Translations under genes and position numbers: made by a program
The notes under the pieces: generated by a model
What the model was told of the DNA's origin: nothing
Database searches by the model: none
The model's input: only the letters and a program-made list of their open reading frames with translations
Assembly (NCBI RefSeq): GCF_009914755.1
Contig: NC_060929.1
Length of the DNA: 64,000 bases
From: the human T2T-CHM13v2.0 reference genome, Homo sapiens
Direction: 5' to 3' (one strand)
Part shown: piece by piece, positions 1 to 16,811 of the stretch
How positions within the stretch are numbered: position 1 is the stretch's first letter
Layout of the letters: the number at the start of each line of letters is the position of its first letter

Positions 1-59
1 AGTGAATAAGTTGTCAATTTTGACTTTTCATCCTTGAATATAGTTGCTGATTTCTCTGT

Positions 60-600
60 AATACCTTTTCTGTTAGCAGGACTTATTTTTTTTTTAAATC
101 ACCCACCTCAAATTGACTTAAAACAACAACAGCAACAACTAGGATTGACAATGCAAGCAGCTAGATCCAGAGGTTCAAATAATGCCAGGGGATGGAGGAC
201 TTTCCTTCCATCAGGTAACTGTTCTCATCTGTTTCAGCTTCACGAGTAAATGGAGTTGTCTACTCTGTAGGCTGAACAGCTCCTTGCTTATCCCTTTTTT
301 ATTCGAGTCTAGCAGAAACATTTTTCCTCTGTCCAAGGAATCAAATAAAAGTCCCTGAATGTAGTCTGTATGCCTTTTTGGAACATGTGTTTATCCCTGA
401 ATCAGATACTCTGGCTACAGCAGAGATGCTCTGATTGGCCAGGTTTGGGGCGTCTGCCTGTTCCTGGGACTAGAGGAAGGTATGAGGTCAAACAACATTT
501 AACATGGGGACAGACAGCTTGTTCCTCAAAGGAAATTAGGGTGCTGTTGGCAGAAGAAGACAGAATATGTATTGGGAAGGCAAAAAATGACAGATGTCTA
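60..600 (-). mobile_element. Old ERVL-MaLR LTR fragment (MLT1J/K/L-like)
   Basis: Contains the MLT1-type segment ctctgattggccaggtttggg...ctgcctgttcctgg and atccagaggttcaaataatg; highly diverged, boundaries approximate. Confidence 0.4.
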
Positions 601-1119
601 CTATATTCCTCTTGCCCTTTTATGATGCTATTATTGTCTTTTGAAATCTACATTTAAAAATGGACCATCGTACAATAGTACTCCTTTAAGCTACGTGGAA
701 AAACCGTTTTACACTGCAACTCAGACCATGTACATAAAGTGGTGGAGAAAACCATGGTTTGGGATTTTTCTTATTGTACATCTGCCTCAAATGAGTTGCG
801 AAACCATTGAGAAGCATTCCTCTGTACATTGAGGAGGCTGCGCTGTGTCTTTAAGTATGCTTTCAACTCTAATGTTCTGTGATGGTCGTGAAATCATGCC
901 CATTATTGGCAATCACTGATAACTTCGGGTTTTTTTTTTTTCCATCTCAAAGTAGAGAATGATGCATGTATCCCTTGCAAACTTTGGACTGTCATAAAAT
1001 CTATAATCTATCACTTTCAAAAAACAGAAAAAGAGCACCGATACAAGATACCCGCTTCTCTCTAGATTGCCCTAGAGTGATACCTCCAGATTCTGAACAG
1101 AAAAGGTTGTGTTAGGAGA

Positions 1120-1905
1120 AAGGCACATTTTGTCTTTTACTTCCTTCTTTCCCCTCCAGCACCTTTGCCTCCACAAGGAAGGAATAATAGAGAGGAGGTA
1201 ATATGTGACTGGGACAGAGGTGACCCCCTGGTTCCCTTGAAAGTTATATACTGGAAATAGCAGAGCTTCTTACCCTGCTTTCCTGAATGACTGAAATGCA
1301 GGGCAGGTGAGACCCAAATTGGGGCTTAGCTGGGGAAGGTTCTTGGCTTCGCTCAGGAAAGAATTGGAAAGCAAGCCAGTTGTAGAAGAAAACAGTTTTG
1401 TTGAGGCAGCTCCATGACTGCGTCTGCAGAGCAGGGCTACCCTCAGGTGGCGTGTGGAGAGTAGCAGCTCAGGGACAGTTCTGCAGTCATGTTTATACCC
1501 ACTTTTGATTATATGCAAATTAAAGGGTGGATTATGTAGAAATTTCTAGAAAAAGTATATTTCTGGGTCGTTAGGCCATTGCCATGGAAAGGGGCAATGA
1601 CTTCTGGGTGCTGCCATAGATAAACTGTCATGGCACTAGTGGGCATGTCTTACAGAGAGTTGCTTTTGCTTCTTGCCTGTTTTTGCTAGTCTTCAACCTG
1701 GTCTGAGTCTAAGCTCTATGTCCAGAGTCTGCTTCCTACTTCAACTGTAGGCAGCAGGCCCTCCCTCACCTCCCCTGCATCCTCTGTCAACTGATTTGGA
1801 ACTACTAAGAACTGTTATGTGAGCAAGAAACAGTCTTCTGTGTGTTTAGCCACTGTCCTTTTGGTTTAATTTCCTACTGCAGCCCAATATAGCCTAATGC
1901 AATGT
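1120..1905 (+). mobile_element. Old ERVL-type LTR (MLT1J/LTR16-like), split by a younger ERV1 LTR
   Basis: tcctgaatgactg|...|taggcagcag rejoin across the insert; 3' end gaactgttatgtgagcaagaaacagtcttctgtgtgtttagccactg is typical of the family. Confidence 0.55.
1292..1743 (-). mobile_element. ERV1 solo LTR (MER4 group, MER66/MER41-like)
   Basis: Minus strand runs TGAAGTAGGAAG...CCTGCCCTGCATTTCA (TG...CA); ACTG repeated at 1290-1293 and 1744-1747, consistent with a 4-bp ERV1 TSD (left boundary ambiguous by 2 nt). Confidence 0.65.
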
Positions 1906-1929
1906 ATTACAAATTTTGGAAGGGGATAA

Positions 1930-2200
1930 TACTGGTTAGAAATCACAAACTACTGTACAAGTTTGGCCACACTATGTTTATTTTATTTTGATTGAATTGG
2001 TTGCCAATTGATTTTATTTAATATCCAGATTTCCAACGTCTCTTAAAAAATTAGAACTTGGCAATTCTTTGGCAAAATTAGAAGAACTGGCAATATTGCG
2101 ATTTTACTCCTCATAAAGGCAATTTTCTGGAGCTTGGTAGCAGTTCTGTGCATGGGGCCCGTGTTCTCAAGTTGTCCACAGTTCCCATCATTGCCTCTAA
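1930..2200. mobile_element. hAT-Charlie DNA transposon remnant (MER102/MER112-like)
   Basis: gaattggttgccaa...atccagatttccaacgtctcttaaaaaattagaacttggcaa...ctggagcttggtagcag resembles the MER102 consensus. Confidence 0.45.
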
Positions 2201-3861
2201 CATTCCTGGATGTTTCTGGCTTCACTCACTTATTTTTCTGACTTCTGTAGGTGTTTTAGTTTACACCCCTTATCTAAAGGGCAAACCATCAACTGCTCAG
2301 GGGCAGCCGCTGAAACAGCAGCCACCATGAGTACAAAAGTTCAGGAACTTACCTCGCTCAGGAATAAATTTGACTGCAGCATTTTAAAAATTGTGTATGT
2401 AAAATATGGTGCTAAGAAAAGTTTTAGTGCTTAGAAGAAATGACATTTAAAAATTTGGCATGAGTCCTTTTCCAGAACTTACTACGTCAGAAAATGGGAT
2501 GTGCATGTGATTGTTTAAAAGTTTAACAAGCTAAATCTGAGTTTGCTTCACACTGCAGGCAGGACAGAAGTCTGGTTGTGCGGCGGGTCTTTACTGAGAG
2601 GGAATTTCCATCGGTGGGATTACTCAGTAAGGACAAGTGCCAAGCAGCATCCACTAACTTCTGTGTTTTCCTGTGTGAAGGAAAATAACACTCTTTCCTG
2701 CTGATCTTGGCATACTGAGCTTCAGTTCTTCTTAATTTAAATTCCCTTACATGTTTGGAGAAAACACTGGAAAACACCCAATCATTTGCCATCAAGGACA
2801 TGAAGATGACAGAGAAGACTAGAAGGAGAATGATCCCTTGGGTGCACCACCTTCCTACCCAATTACCTGCAAGAAGCATTGACTTTTTCTCAAGCTGGGG
2901 ATCATCTAAATAGTAGTGGTCATGAGGTGTTATTCAGAAGGGCAGACAGAAGAAAATAGCCCTGTGTGTGTTCTATCATGTTTTAGGTAGAACGTCCTGG
3001 TCAGAAAGCTTTTGTAATGCCAGAGAGCACTCACAGTTCCACCTGCCCCCAGCCTCTCTCTCACCTGTCTTCTTGTGTAGACCACTCATTGGCACAACTC
3101 TGAGTCCCGGTCTTTCTGGTTTGGCTGTGGGGCTGTTCCCTTGTGCTGTACCGCCAAGTCTCCTGCCAAACCTGCGCTGTTGGCATTCCCACCGCAGGTT
3201 GTGCTTACGTGTGCTTCTCACTTATTACATCTCTGAAATTCAATTAGTGCCCTCATGCTGTGGGAGGCCAGGGCGCTCTCAGAGAGCAGGGTAAAAACAA
3301 CAAAAACAAAAACCAGAGCTTTTCTGTGGCTCTGTCTAGGTATTTTCATGAAGCCCTTACCTCGTCACAATTTAAATTCAGTCCACATCAAGGATCACAA
3401 ATCAGCGGTTGTTGGAATGTATTATGAAGAAATAAACATTTATCAAATTGTTTTTCGAGGAGGTGAATAATTTAGCAAAAGAAAAAAATTACCACCACCG
3501 TCACCACAAAATTGTGCTGCTGACTGACAATTTATTTTATTCCCGTGAGAGGCGAAGAGCTGGCGCATGCTGAGTGCATATTGATCAGCTGGATGTGGAG
3601 AAATGGAATTTTTACATTCTTGGGTTACTAACTTGTTGCCAATTAAGAACCAAAAGACATTTAAATGCCCCCATAGTATTAGTAAAGACCCGAGAGTTTG
3701 CTGCTGACTAAGGTTGCTGGTTTGTTATTGCCAAGTTATTGCTTAATTATGAGTTATTGCAGGAGTACTGGAGAGAAGCCTTACTTCTTGGTCTATCCGT
3801 GTAAAGTTGTATTTCTTCCTAGAGAATATTTTTCTGAACATCTATTGATTTCATCTTTTCT

Positions 3862-4100
3862 AATATGTATTAAGCACTTACATTGTGTTAGGCACTATAC
3901 CATCTCTTTTTATATAACTGATCTAATTTATTTCTAACAACCCTGTGTGATAGGTCCTGTTATTTTAATTTTACCCATGGGGATATGAATGCTCAGAGAG
4001 GTATATTCCCTTTCCCCAAGGTCACACAGCTTGTGACTCTCAAAGCAAAAGTTTGTGTCCAGCTCAGTCTAATTCTAAAGGCTTTGCTCATAAACACAAC
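3862..4100 (-). mobile_element. MIR SINE
   Basis: attaagcacttacattgtgttaggcact...aacaaccctgtgtgatagg...gctcagagagg...cccaaggtcacacagct core. Confidence 0.75.
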
Positions 4101-4518
4101 TGTATCCCATATTATTTCAGACACAAGCCCCTTATGACCGACTTCAAGTCATCCTCCATGAATATTCATGATTTTGGGAGTCAATGATGCCATCTTCCTT
4201 TTCAACAAATGGAGTAATAAATAGGAGTTTTTCTAAGCTTAAAATCAACAGCCTCTGGAAACTCACATAGGGAGCCCTTCACCTGTGAACAGAACCAGGG
4301 CTGCTTGATTGGCATTTCATCCAGCTCACTGGTAACACATTAAGCACCTGCTGTGTGTTCCTGGGTGAGGAGGAAGACAAAACAGAGCAGTGAGAGAGTA
4401 TTTGTAGGCACTGGATTGGATTGGATTGTGCGGCACTGGATTGGATTGGAGGGCAGTGAGAGATTATGGGCAACAGAATCCATTGCACAGTGTTGAAGTT
4501 GGAATGTAGAATTGGTCC

Positions 4519-4944
4519 TGCATTAGTCTGTTTTTACCTTGCTATAAAGAAATACCTAAGGCTGGGTAATTTATAAAGAAAAAAAGATTTAATTGGCCCA
4601 TAGCTCTGCACCCTGTACAGGAAGCATGATGCTGGCATCTGTTTGGCTTCTGGGGAGGCCTCAGGAAACTTAACAATCATGGTGGAAAATGAAGGGGGAG
4701 CAGGCATGTCACTTGGCCAGAGCAGGAGCAAGAGAGAGAGGTGCCACACGTAAACAGCCAGATCTCATGTGAAGTCACTCACTATTGCAAGGACAGCACC
4801 AAGGGCATGGTGCTGAACCATTCATGAGAAATGCACTCCCATGATCCAGTCACCTTCCACCAGGCCGCAATTCCTATACTGGGGGTTACAATTCAACATC
4901 AGATTTGAGGGGCGGGGTGGGGGAAACACATCTGAACTATATCA
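4519..4944 (-). mobile_element. MSTA solo LTR (ERVL-MaLR)
   Basis: tgcattagtctgttt...gctataaagaaatacctaaggctgggtaatttataaagaaaa...ggggaggcctcaggaaactt...aactatatca; 426 bp; degenerate TSD ggtcc/ggttt. Confidence 0.9.
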
Positions 4945-5034
4945 GGTTTTTTAAGTTAGATATCTAACTTCCGTAAGTATGTCATGTTTCAGCCTAAGTT
5001 CCTTGAACTGATAAATGAGGCTGATGGTACTTTA

Positions 5035-5508
5035 TGTGTAGGATATTTGTCTCTTTGCCCTCAGAGTCAGTCTTAACCCTTCCTCAGCTCTGAATCACAG
5101 TGGGGTCTGACACCTGCAAGCTCCCTTCTTAATTGGCTTATCCTAGGTTTGGCCCACAGAAGGCACTGGTGGGAGAGTAAAAGGTGAAGAAAGGGAAAAG
5201 TGAGAGTATTTCTCCCTGTGTGGGCACCATGCAGCCCCTCTGGCAGCAGCTGCCTTTCCTCCACTGTTCCAGCTCCCACAGGACAAGGTGACTACCGCTG
5301 CAGCTTCCCTCACAGATGGGTATGGTGACATGCCTTCTCCCTGGTCTCTCCAGCCCTGAGCTAAGAGCTTATATTCTGGGTAGCCTTGCCATTCCTGTTA
5401 GGCTTTTCAACTCTCCCATACCCAGTGTATTGGATTTCATACATTCGGTTTCTTCTGTTTGAAGTATCTAGAGTGGTTTCTGTTTTTCTAACGAGTATGA
5501 CTGATAAA
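5035..5508 (+). mobile_element. LTR33-like ERVL solo LTR inserted in a MIR (MIR pieces ~4960-5030 and ~5510-5590)
   Basis: aggcactggtgggagag...gtatttctccct and 3' end tgtttgaagtatctagagtggtttctgtttttct...tgactgata; both flanks are MIR-like. Confidence 0.65.
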
Positions 5509-5664
5509 TGTTACTTTCAGTTGTGCTAGGATTAAGTGGAGAAATGCATTTATAGCACCTAGCATAGAAGAGGTGCCCAGTAAACCTAAAAATGCTTTAG
5601 GATACAGGGATAGTGAGGAAGATAAAAATCTAAAGAATAATGATAAAGTAGATCGTAACTGAGG

Positions 5665-5800
5665 TAGTAGAAAGTGCTTCAGGTGTCTGAAACCTCGTGT
5701 TTAATTTCTGGCTCTCAGTTTAGCCATCTATGAGAAATTAAGTGAATACCTTAGGTGCAAATGGACTCAGTTTACTTACCTGTTAAATAAGACATTTGGA
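5665..5800 (+). mobile_element. MIR fragment
   Basis: tttaatttctggctct...actcagtttacttacctgttaaat MIR core. Confidence 0.5.
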
Positions 5801-8800
5801 AAATAAAGTCTTCCTCAGCTACAAAGAGATACATATTAATTTGGTTTAGAATAAATGGTGGTGCTCAGGGAGAACTTCATTAAGAGGAAAAATTTAGCTG
5901 AGTCCTCAGAAATGATTTAACCTAGAGGCTATAAATGTCACAGCCAGACTGGACAGCTGGTCAGGGTGTGAACGTGTTAGATAAGGGCACTGGAAAAGAT
6001 TATGTCAGAAAGCCAGACAGCTCTCTACAAGGCCCAAGGAGAACCAAGTCTGTTGCAGATGTTTAGGAGTCTTCAATCAGGAGAAAAGGAATACGATCTG
6101 ATGACATTCCCAAATTCCTCCCACTCCTTATTTTATCCTTCTCTTGCCACAAACCCTAATCTTAGAAATCCTGCAGAGAAATAACAATGAAGACTTCTAG
6201 CAAGTTGTGATATTCTATTTCTTAGTGAGAAATTTTGCCCTGTACTTCTGCCTCTTAATCGGATATTTTGGGATCCAAATGACTTCTCAAGAGAGATCAT
6301 CCTTCGTATCCTAAAACAAATAGGGGTGTCAGTGGGATATCTGCTACTCAGAGTTGTAGATAGTTTTTGAAACCTGAAGGTAACCTATGATACAGCCTCT
6401 GCAGAAACTCCAGAACCTTTCCTTTCCTAGGTAAGTAAAGAACTGTAAGCAGATAAGTCAGGATTCCTGGGACGAGGACCTTGCTACAGTGTTGTGATTT
6501 ATTTTAACGTCCTCAGATATATTTGAATAAAGCCCTCCAAACAACTCAATAGTTGGAGATTGGTCTAGGACAACTTGGAAAACTCTGCCTTTAGAATTTT
6601 GGATGCATTAAACATTTTGGCATTTTCAGTGGCTAGAGGCTAAGAAAATATTTACTGGGCGCAGAACATCTTTTCATCTGGGAGTGAAACCTGTCCGTTT
6701 TTTGTAGTTAGTGTTTTCTCCTGCGGGCTTTCTCACATGATGTTAATGAGGAAGTAGTTAAGTTGGAGTGAGTGGGATGGAAGGAATGGGAATATACATT
6801 TACAAATAACTGTTGCACTTTTCTATCTAAGTTTGTACTGCCAGATAACTTGGCAGGCACCAGAAACAGCTATTGCAGGACTAGAAAGTTACATGAATAC
6901 CAGAGGGAAAAAACTGATTTGCTCACTAGGAGACTCTATTAAGTGAACATCTGTTAACTGTAAAAATCCCATGCACCAAATGGGAAAATATAATGAAACT
7001 GAGAGGTTTCGAGCAAATTAAAATCATAAAATACCAGTGGGCAGGAATCGCTGTGTGTTTCACCATTCTGAAATTTACACGGAAACTTGGAGCCAGGCAA
7101 AACAAAGCAGAAACACTTAAGCTTATTTACTCTAGGTGTGGAATAGAGCTATCCTGTGCTTTGGAAGAAAGCTAGGAGTTGGGGGAAAATGTGCTCAGTT
7201 AGGAAGTTCACGTGTAAAGCTCCCCAGCTGATAAATATTGATACAATGAAAGATCGTGGCTCTGCAGTAGAAGAGCTCTAGTCAGAACAAGAAATGTCTT
7301 GGACTTGGCTCTATACTTTGAAGAGTTGGGGACTGTTACAGATTTGTGCTGTCCAGATGCTACTGGATTCCTAAAGGAGGGAAGGGAGAATCAGGGAATG
7401 TGTGGTTTTTCCTTATGGTGTGTGCCTAAGAAGAATGCCTTAGCAATGTGGTGTGTGGAGGGAATTGTGTTTAAAATGCTCATCCCATTTGGTGCATTGA
7501 ATACAAAGGACAATGCCAGATTGGGATTTATGCATGCTCACAGTTGTGGAAATTCCATTAGCTGTTTCCTTGGTTGTTTTGAATTGTAACCATCCTAGAC
7601 TGGGCAACAAGAAGAAAACACAGGTTAACTAGGAAGAACAGATCTATGTCGAAGATAAGGTGAGGTCAGTTTAATTTCAATACTATATAAATCCCTGTGG
7701 CTCTGTGGGCATTTGTTATATTAATGGCTTTGAACATTTTAGCAGTGGCATTAGAGTTATTTAATCTTGTGATTATCTGCACTGATTTCCTATGGGAGCA
7801 AAGGAGGGGTGGAGAGTTAACAAGGGAATGTGAAGCATAACGAAGGGGTCAAAGGTACCTAGCACATGAGAAAAATTTTGATTATTGTCAGGTGCATATA
7901 AATGGAAGGGGCTTCTGGAAAGATGTGCTCTGCCCCATGTTTTGCTGAGCTTTAATTGGAGACCTAGCTTCCCTAATTGTGTGGTGAGGTCCAGCTACTG
8001 TAGTTAAGAGGAAAGCTGTATATCAGGGGGCAGAGGGTAAAGCTTTTAAATAAGGCTTCTTTCCCAAATGCCTAAGCAAGAAATTGGAACAGAAATATAC
8101 TGTAGAGCTAAAAAGTCTTAAAGTGCCTCTTAAATCTTTACTACAATTACCATAATGTAGAATAATAGAGCCGATACTATTTTTAAAAGCTTTTGAAGGT
8201 TGCAAGTAGCAGCCATAAATTGTGGGTTGCAGAAAATCTGTAACTGTAGTTTTTCAGAGGCTTTTTATTTTAATGAAAGAGAAAAGGTTTTAATAAAACC
8301 AGAGAGAACTAATAGGGGACATTATGAGGTAATGGGAATGTCTCCTTAGCTCTAGAAGTGCAGAGGAGTCTAAATGATTGGTCAGTGTGTGCTTATTAAA
8401 AAAAGAATCAGACTCTCCTTCCTGGCCACATTTGGGGACATTCAGGTAAGTTTGATTTATTAAGTCAACAGTATGAAGGTAGCCAAGCGTGACAGCGACA
8501 GTGAAAAGTAATCTGACACTGGCCAAGATGTAAATCTTTTGGAGAAAATGAAATAGATATTCTGGCTTCCTCTGTGCAAAACAACAACGAAAACAACAAA
8601 ATGCCATTAGGATGCCCTTGATGTAAAGAGAAACTCAGTACCAATGACCCGATTGCCCTTGTGAAAATTGTTCCCATGTCTATTGAGATGTGTTGTGGGT
8701 GGAGTTCTGAAAGAGAAACGTCTGGTCCGGAAGGGATGCTTACAGATAGCTTCCCTCCCCTACCTCTCTATCCTCCTCCCCTGCACATTCTTTCAAACAG

Positions 8801-9189
8801 AAGAAAAGCAAATCTCTTTTCAGCGTCTACAGTTAGATACTAATCAAGGACGCCATTCCCATTCCCATTTGAGATCAGTGATTAATCCATCATGTATCCA
8901 CAAAAAGTCAATAATGATTTGATAGTTGAGAGGAATGTTGTTATTAACAGCAAGTGGGTCTGGTAGGATAGTTTAGCAGATGGAATCGGAGTGTTTTCAA
9001 CTACAAAACCCTTCTCAGCTCTACGGGCTATGATGATGACCAGGCCAATAATGCAGAGGCAGAACCGCATGTTGGGGGAGAAGGATTTTTTCTTTATGTC
9101 CCGCTTTCCTTCTTTTACTCCCTTCTTCCGCACATGTTGAGCAAAAGCTCTTTGAAGGTGAGGACCATCATGGTGTCAGGGAGGAAACG

Positions 9190-9545
9190 CATAAGGCAGT
9201 TAGAGTGTAACGTGAAACAGCAGTGACAGTGGTGACGGGGCACGATGGTGGGTGCACACACCCTCAAAGCACCAGGGAGGGTGGCCGAAGGCAGTAATTG
9301 GCCTGAAAATGTGACCTCCAAAAGGAGCTTTGATGGAAGAGTTGGATGGGGATGAAAGGGAGGTGGGAGAGAGGAGTGAGGAATGAACAACAATAGAAGA
9401 CTAACACATTGCCCGTGTGCTGGGGGCAACAACTGTTTGAGGTGGACAGGCGAACAGAGCTAGGATCACAATGGTGATGGACATGGTGCTTGGTGCTCAG
9501 GATCTTTTAATAAACATTTACTGGAAAAAATTTATGAATATCTGA
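9190..9545. mobile_element. L2 fragments
   Basis: Purine-rich L2-like segment (gaaaatgtgacctcc...agctttgatggaagagttgg) followed by an L2/MIR-type 3' end (catggtgcttggtgctcagg...taataaacatttactgg). Confidence 0.4.
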
Positions 9546-10849
9546 CCAGTTGTTGGCTTTTCGTTAGTAATCATCGTAATTATAAGCCTCTGATTCCATC
9601 TAGTCAATTTCTGCCTTTTTCGTTTTTAGTGACAATGCCAAAGTATGTGTATGTCTACTTTTTTTTTACTCATGTGATTCTTTGCCCGTGTGTTTTTTAC
9701 CAGCCATTTTCCAAGACAATGCCAATGCTGTCTTCTCCACAGAGTTTTTCCTCTGTGATCTGTGGGATGTAAATATTCTTTACTCTTCCATGATGGACTT
9801 TTGTACCACTTATGCCTCCATTTCTCCTGTTATGTTATTGCAGTTATTTATGAATCTCTCTTTTTCCTTATGTGATTCTGACCTTCTTGGGGGCAGTTAA
9901 TATGATTTTTGTTTCGTTTTGCATTTCTTTAACTACCTAACACAAGATTGAAACTTAATATTTGTTTAAATGAGTGAACAATGGATTAGTAGATCTCATC
10001 AAAATGTCTTCTGGTGTAAAGAGAATCTTTGTTTTAATCCTGTTTTCTCTGGTTTTTGTTAATTTTATATTATTTCTTTTTGACAGCACTTTAGTAACTC
10101 CTCCAATAATCTCGTCATTGACACTGCTGTTGTGTGTCGGTGCTGAGATACAAAGGAGAATAAGATGTCTCTAAGATTTTACATTTAGGCAAGAGAAGAG
10201 TGAGAGGCACTTAAAAATGATAGTATAACGGAATAGATAAGCACTAGAAAAAGAGACGTATACCATGTACTTTCAGAAAGCAAGGAAGGAAAGGACCAAA
10301 TGTGCCTCAGGAAGATATCATAGCAGATGTATGGGTATTGTGACTCACTATTTTTAAATTATCACTTTATTCATGAACTCCAGAGTAAAGGACAGACTTA
10401 ATATTCTACTTTATAAGTTTGATTTTGGATACATTTGTTTTTGTCCTTTATTTTAGATAATTTATGGCTTTTTTATTATAGTCATAAATCATGTGGAAAA
10501 CTTAAAAAGAGAAAATTTTCATGAAGTTAAAAATTACTCATAATTCTATTGCTTGGAATTAATTCCAGCTAACATTTTTACATGCTTGCTTGTTTCCGCC
10601 TCTCCCTTCTCTCCCTCTCTCATTTATATGTATATGAAAATAGAACAATACATTTAAAAACTAATTGGGATTATGCTACATACATTTTTATATCCTTATT
10701 CCCCTTCCTCCGATTTCAATTCTATAGCACTACAAAAAACATGTCTGTACCAACAGAGAATATATATTTCGTTCCATCAGCTTACAAAAATAAAAACTAT
10801 AAGTTTTTTAGTTTTATTTTCTTTATTTTTTGTTCTATAAATGTATCAA

Positions 10850-11780
<931 letters not shown>

Positions 11781-11916
11781 ATATTTTTTATTTTTCTTTT
11801 TATATATATATTATACTTTAAGTTCTAGAGTACATGTGCACAACGTGCAGGTTAGTTACATATGTATACATGTGCCATGTTGGTGTGCTGCACCCATTAA
11901 CTCCTCATTTACATTA

Positions 11917-15836
<3,920 letters not shown>

Positions 15837-15843
15837 TATGATG

Positions 15844-16236
15844 TTAGCTGGTTATTTTGCTCATTAGTTGATGCAGTTTCTTCCTAGCCTTGATGGTCTT
15901 TACAATTTGGCATGTTTTTGCAGTGGCTGGTACCGGTTGTTCCTTTGGCATGAGCCGAAGCAGGGCGAGGCATTGCTTCACCTGGGAAGCACAAGGGGTC
16001 AGGGAATTGCCTTTCATAGCCAAGCAAAGCTGTGACAGATGGCACCTGGAAAATCGGGTCACTCCCACCCTAATACTGCACTTTTCCAATGGTCTTAGCA
16101 AACGGCACACCAGCGGATTATATCCCGCACCTGGCTCGGAGGGTCCCACGCCCACGGAGCCTCGCTCATTGGTAGCACAGCAGTCTGAGATCGAACTGCA
16201 AGGCAGCAGCGAGGCTGGGGGAGGGGCGCCCATCAT
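15844..16236 (-). CDS. L1 ORF0-derived chimeric ORF (130 aa), putative
   Basis: N-terminus MMGAPPPASLLPCSSISDCCATNERGSVGVGPSEPGAGY...IRVGVTRFSRC matches L1 ORF0p; the frame crosses the inversion junction; expression is not shown by the sequence. Confidence 0.4.
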   Translation of the reverse strand: MMGAPPPASLLPCSSISDCCATNERGSVGVGPSEPGAGYNPLVCRLLRPLEKCSIRVGVTRFSRCHLSQLCLAMKGNSLTPCASQVKQCLALLRLMPKEQPVPATAKTCQIVKTIKARKKLHQLMSKITS

Positions 16237-16811
16237 TGACGAGGCTTGAGTAGGTAAACAAAGGGGGCTGGGAATCTCGAACTGGGTGGAGCCTACCGCA
16301 GCTCAAGGAGGCCTGCCTGCCTCTGTACACTCCACCTCTGGGGGCAGGGCGTAGCCGAACAAAAGGCAGCAGAAACCTCTGCAGACTTAAATGTCCCTGT
16401 CTGACAGCTTTGAAGAGAGTAGTAGTTCTCCCAGCATGGAGTTTGAGATCTGAGAATGGACAGACTGCCTCCTCAAGTGGGTCCCTGACCCCTGAGTAGC
16501 CTGTCTGGGAGGCACCCCCCAGTAGGGGCAGACTGACACCTCACACGGCCGGGTACCCCTCTGAGACAAAACCTCCAGAGGAACGATCAGGCAGCAACAT
16601 TTACTGTTCAGCAATATTTGCTGTTCTACAGCCCCCGCTGCTGATACCCAGGCAAACAGGGTCTGGAGTGGACTCCAGCAAACTCCAACAGACCTGCAGC
16701 TGAGGGTCCTGACTGTTCAAAGGAAAACTAACAAACAGAAAGGACATCCACACCAAAACCCCATCTGTATGTCACCATCATCAAAGACCAAAGGTAGATA
16801 AAACCACAAAG
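15947..16811 (+). promoter_or_regulatory. L1 5'UTR (first ~160 nt incl. YY1 site missing); contains the antisense-promoter region and the ancestral ~129-bp segment
   Basis: Colinear with the L1PA 5'UTR from gagccgaagcagggcgagg to accacaaagATGGGG; many CpGs decayed. Confidence 0.8.

Noticed and set aside
2523-3294. 118-aa and 108-aa ORFs in unique sequence
   Set aside because: Lengths expected by chance, low-information composition, no domain similarity or splice support
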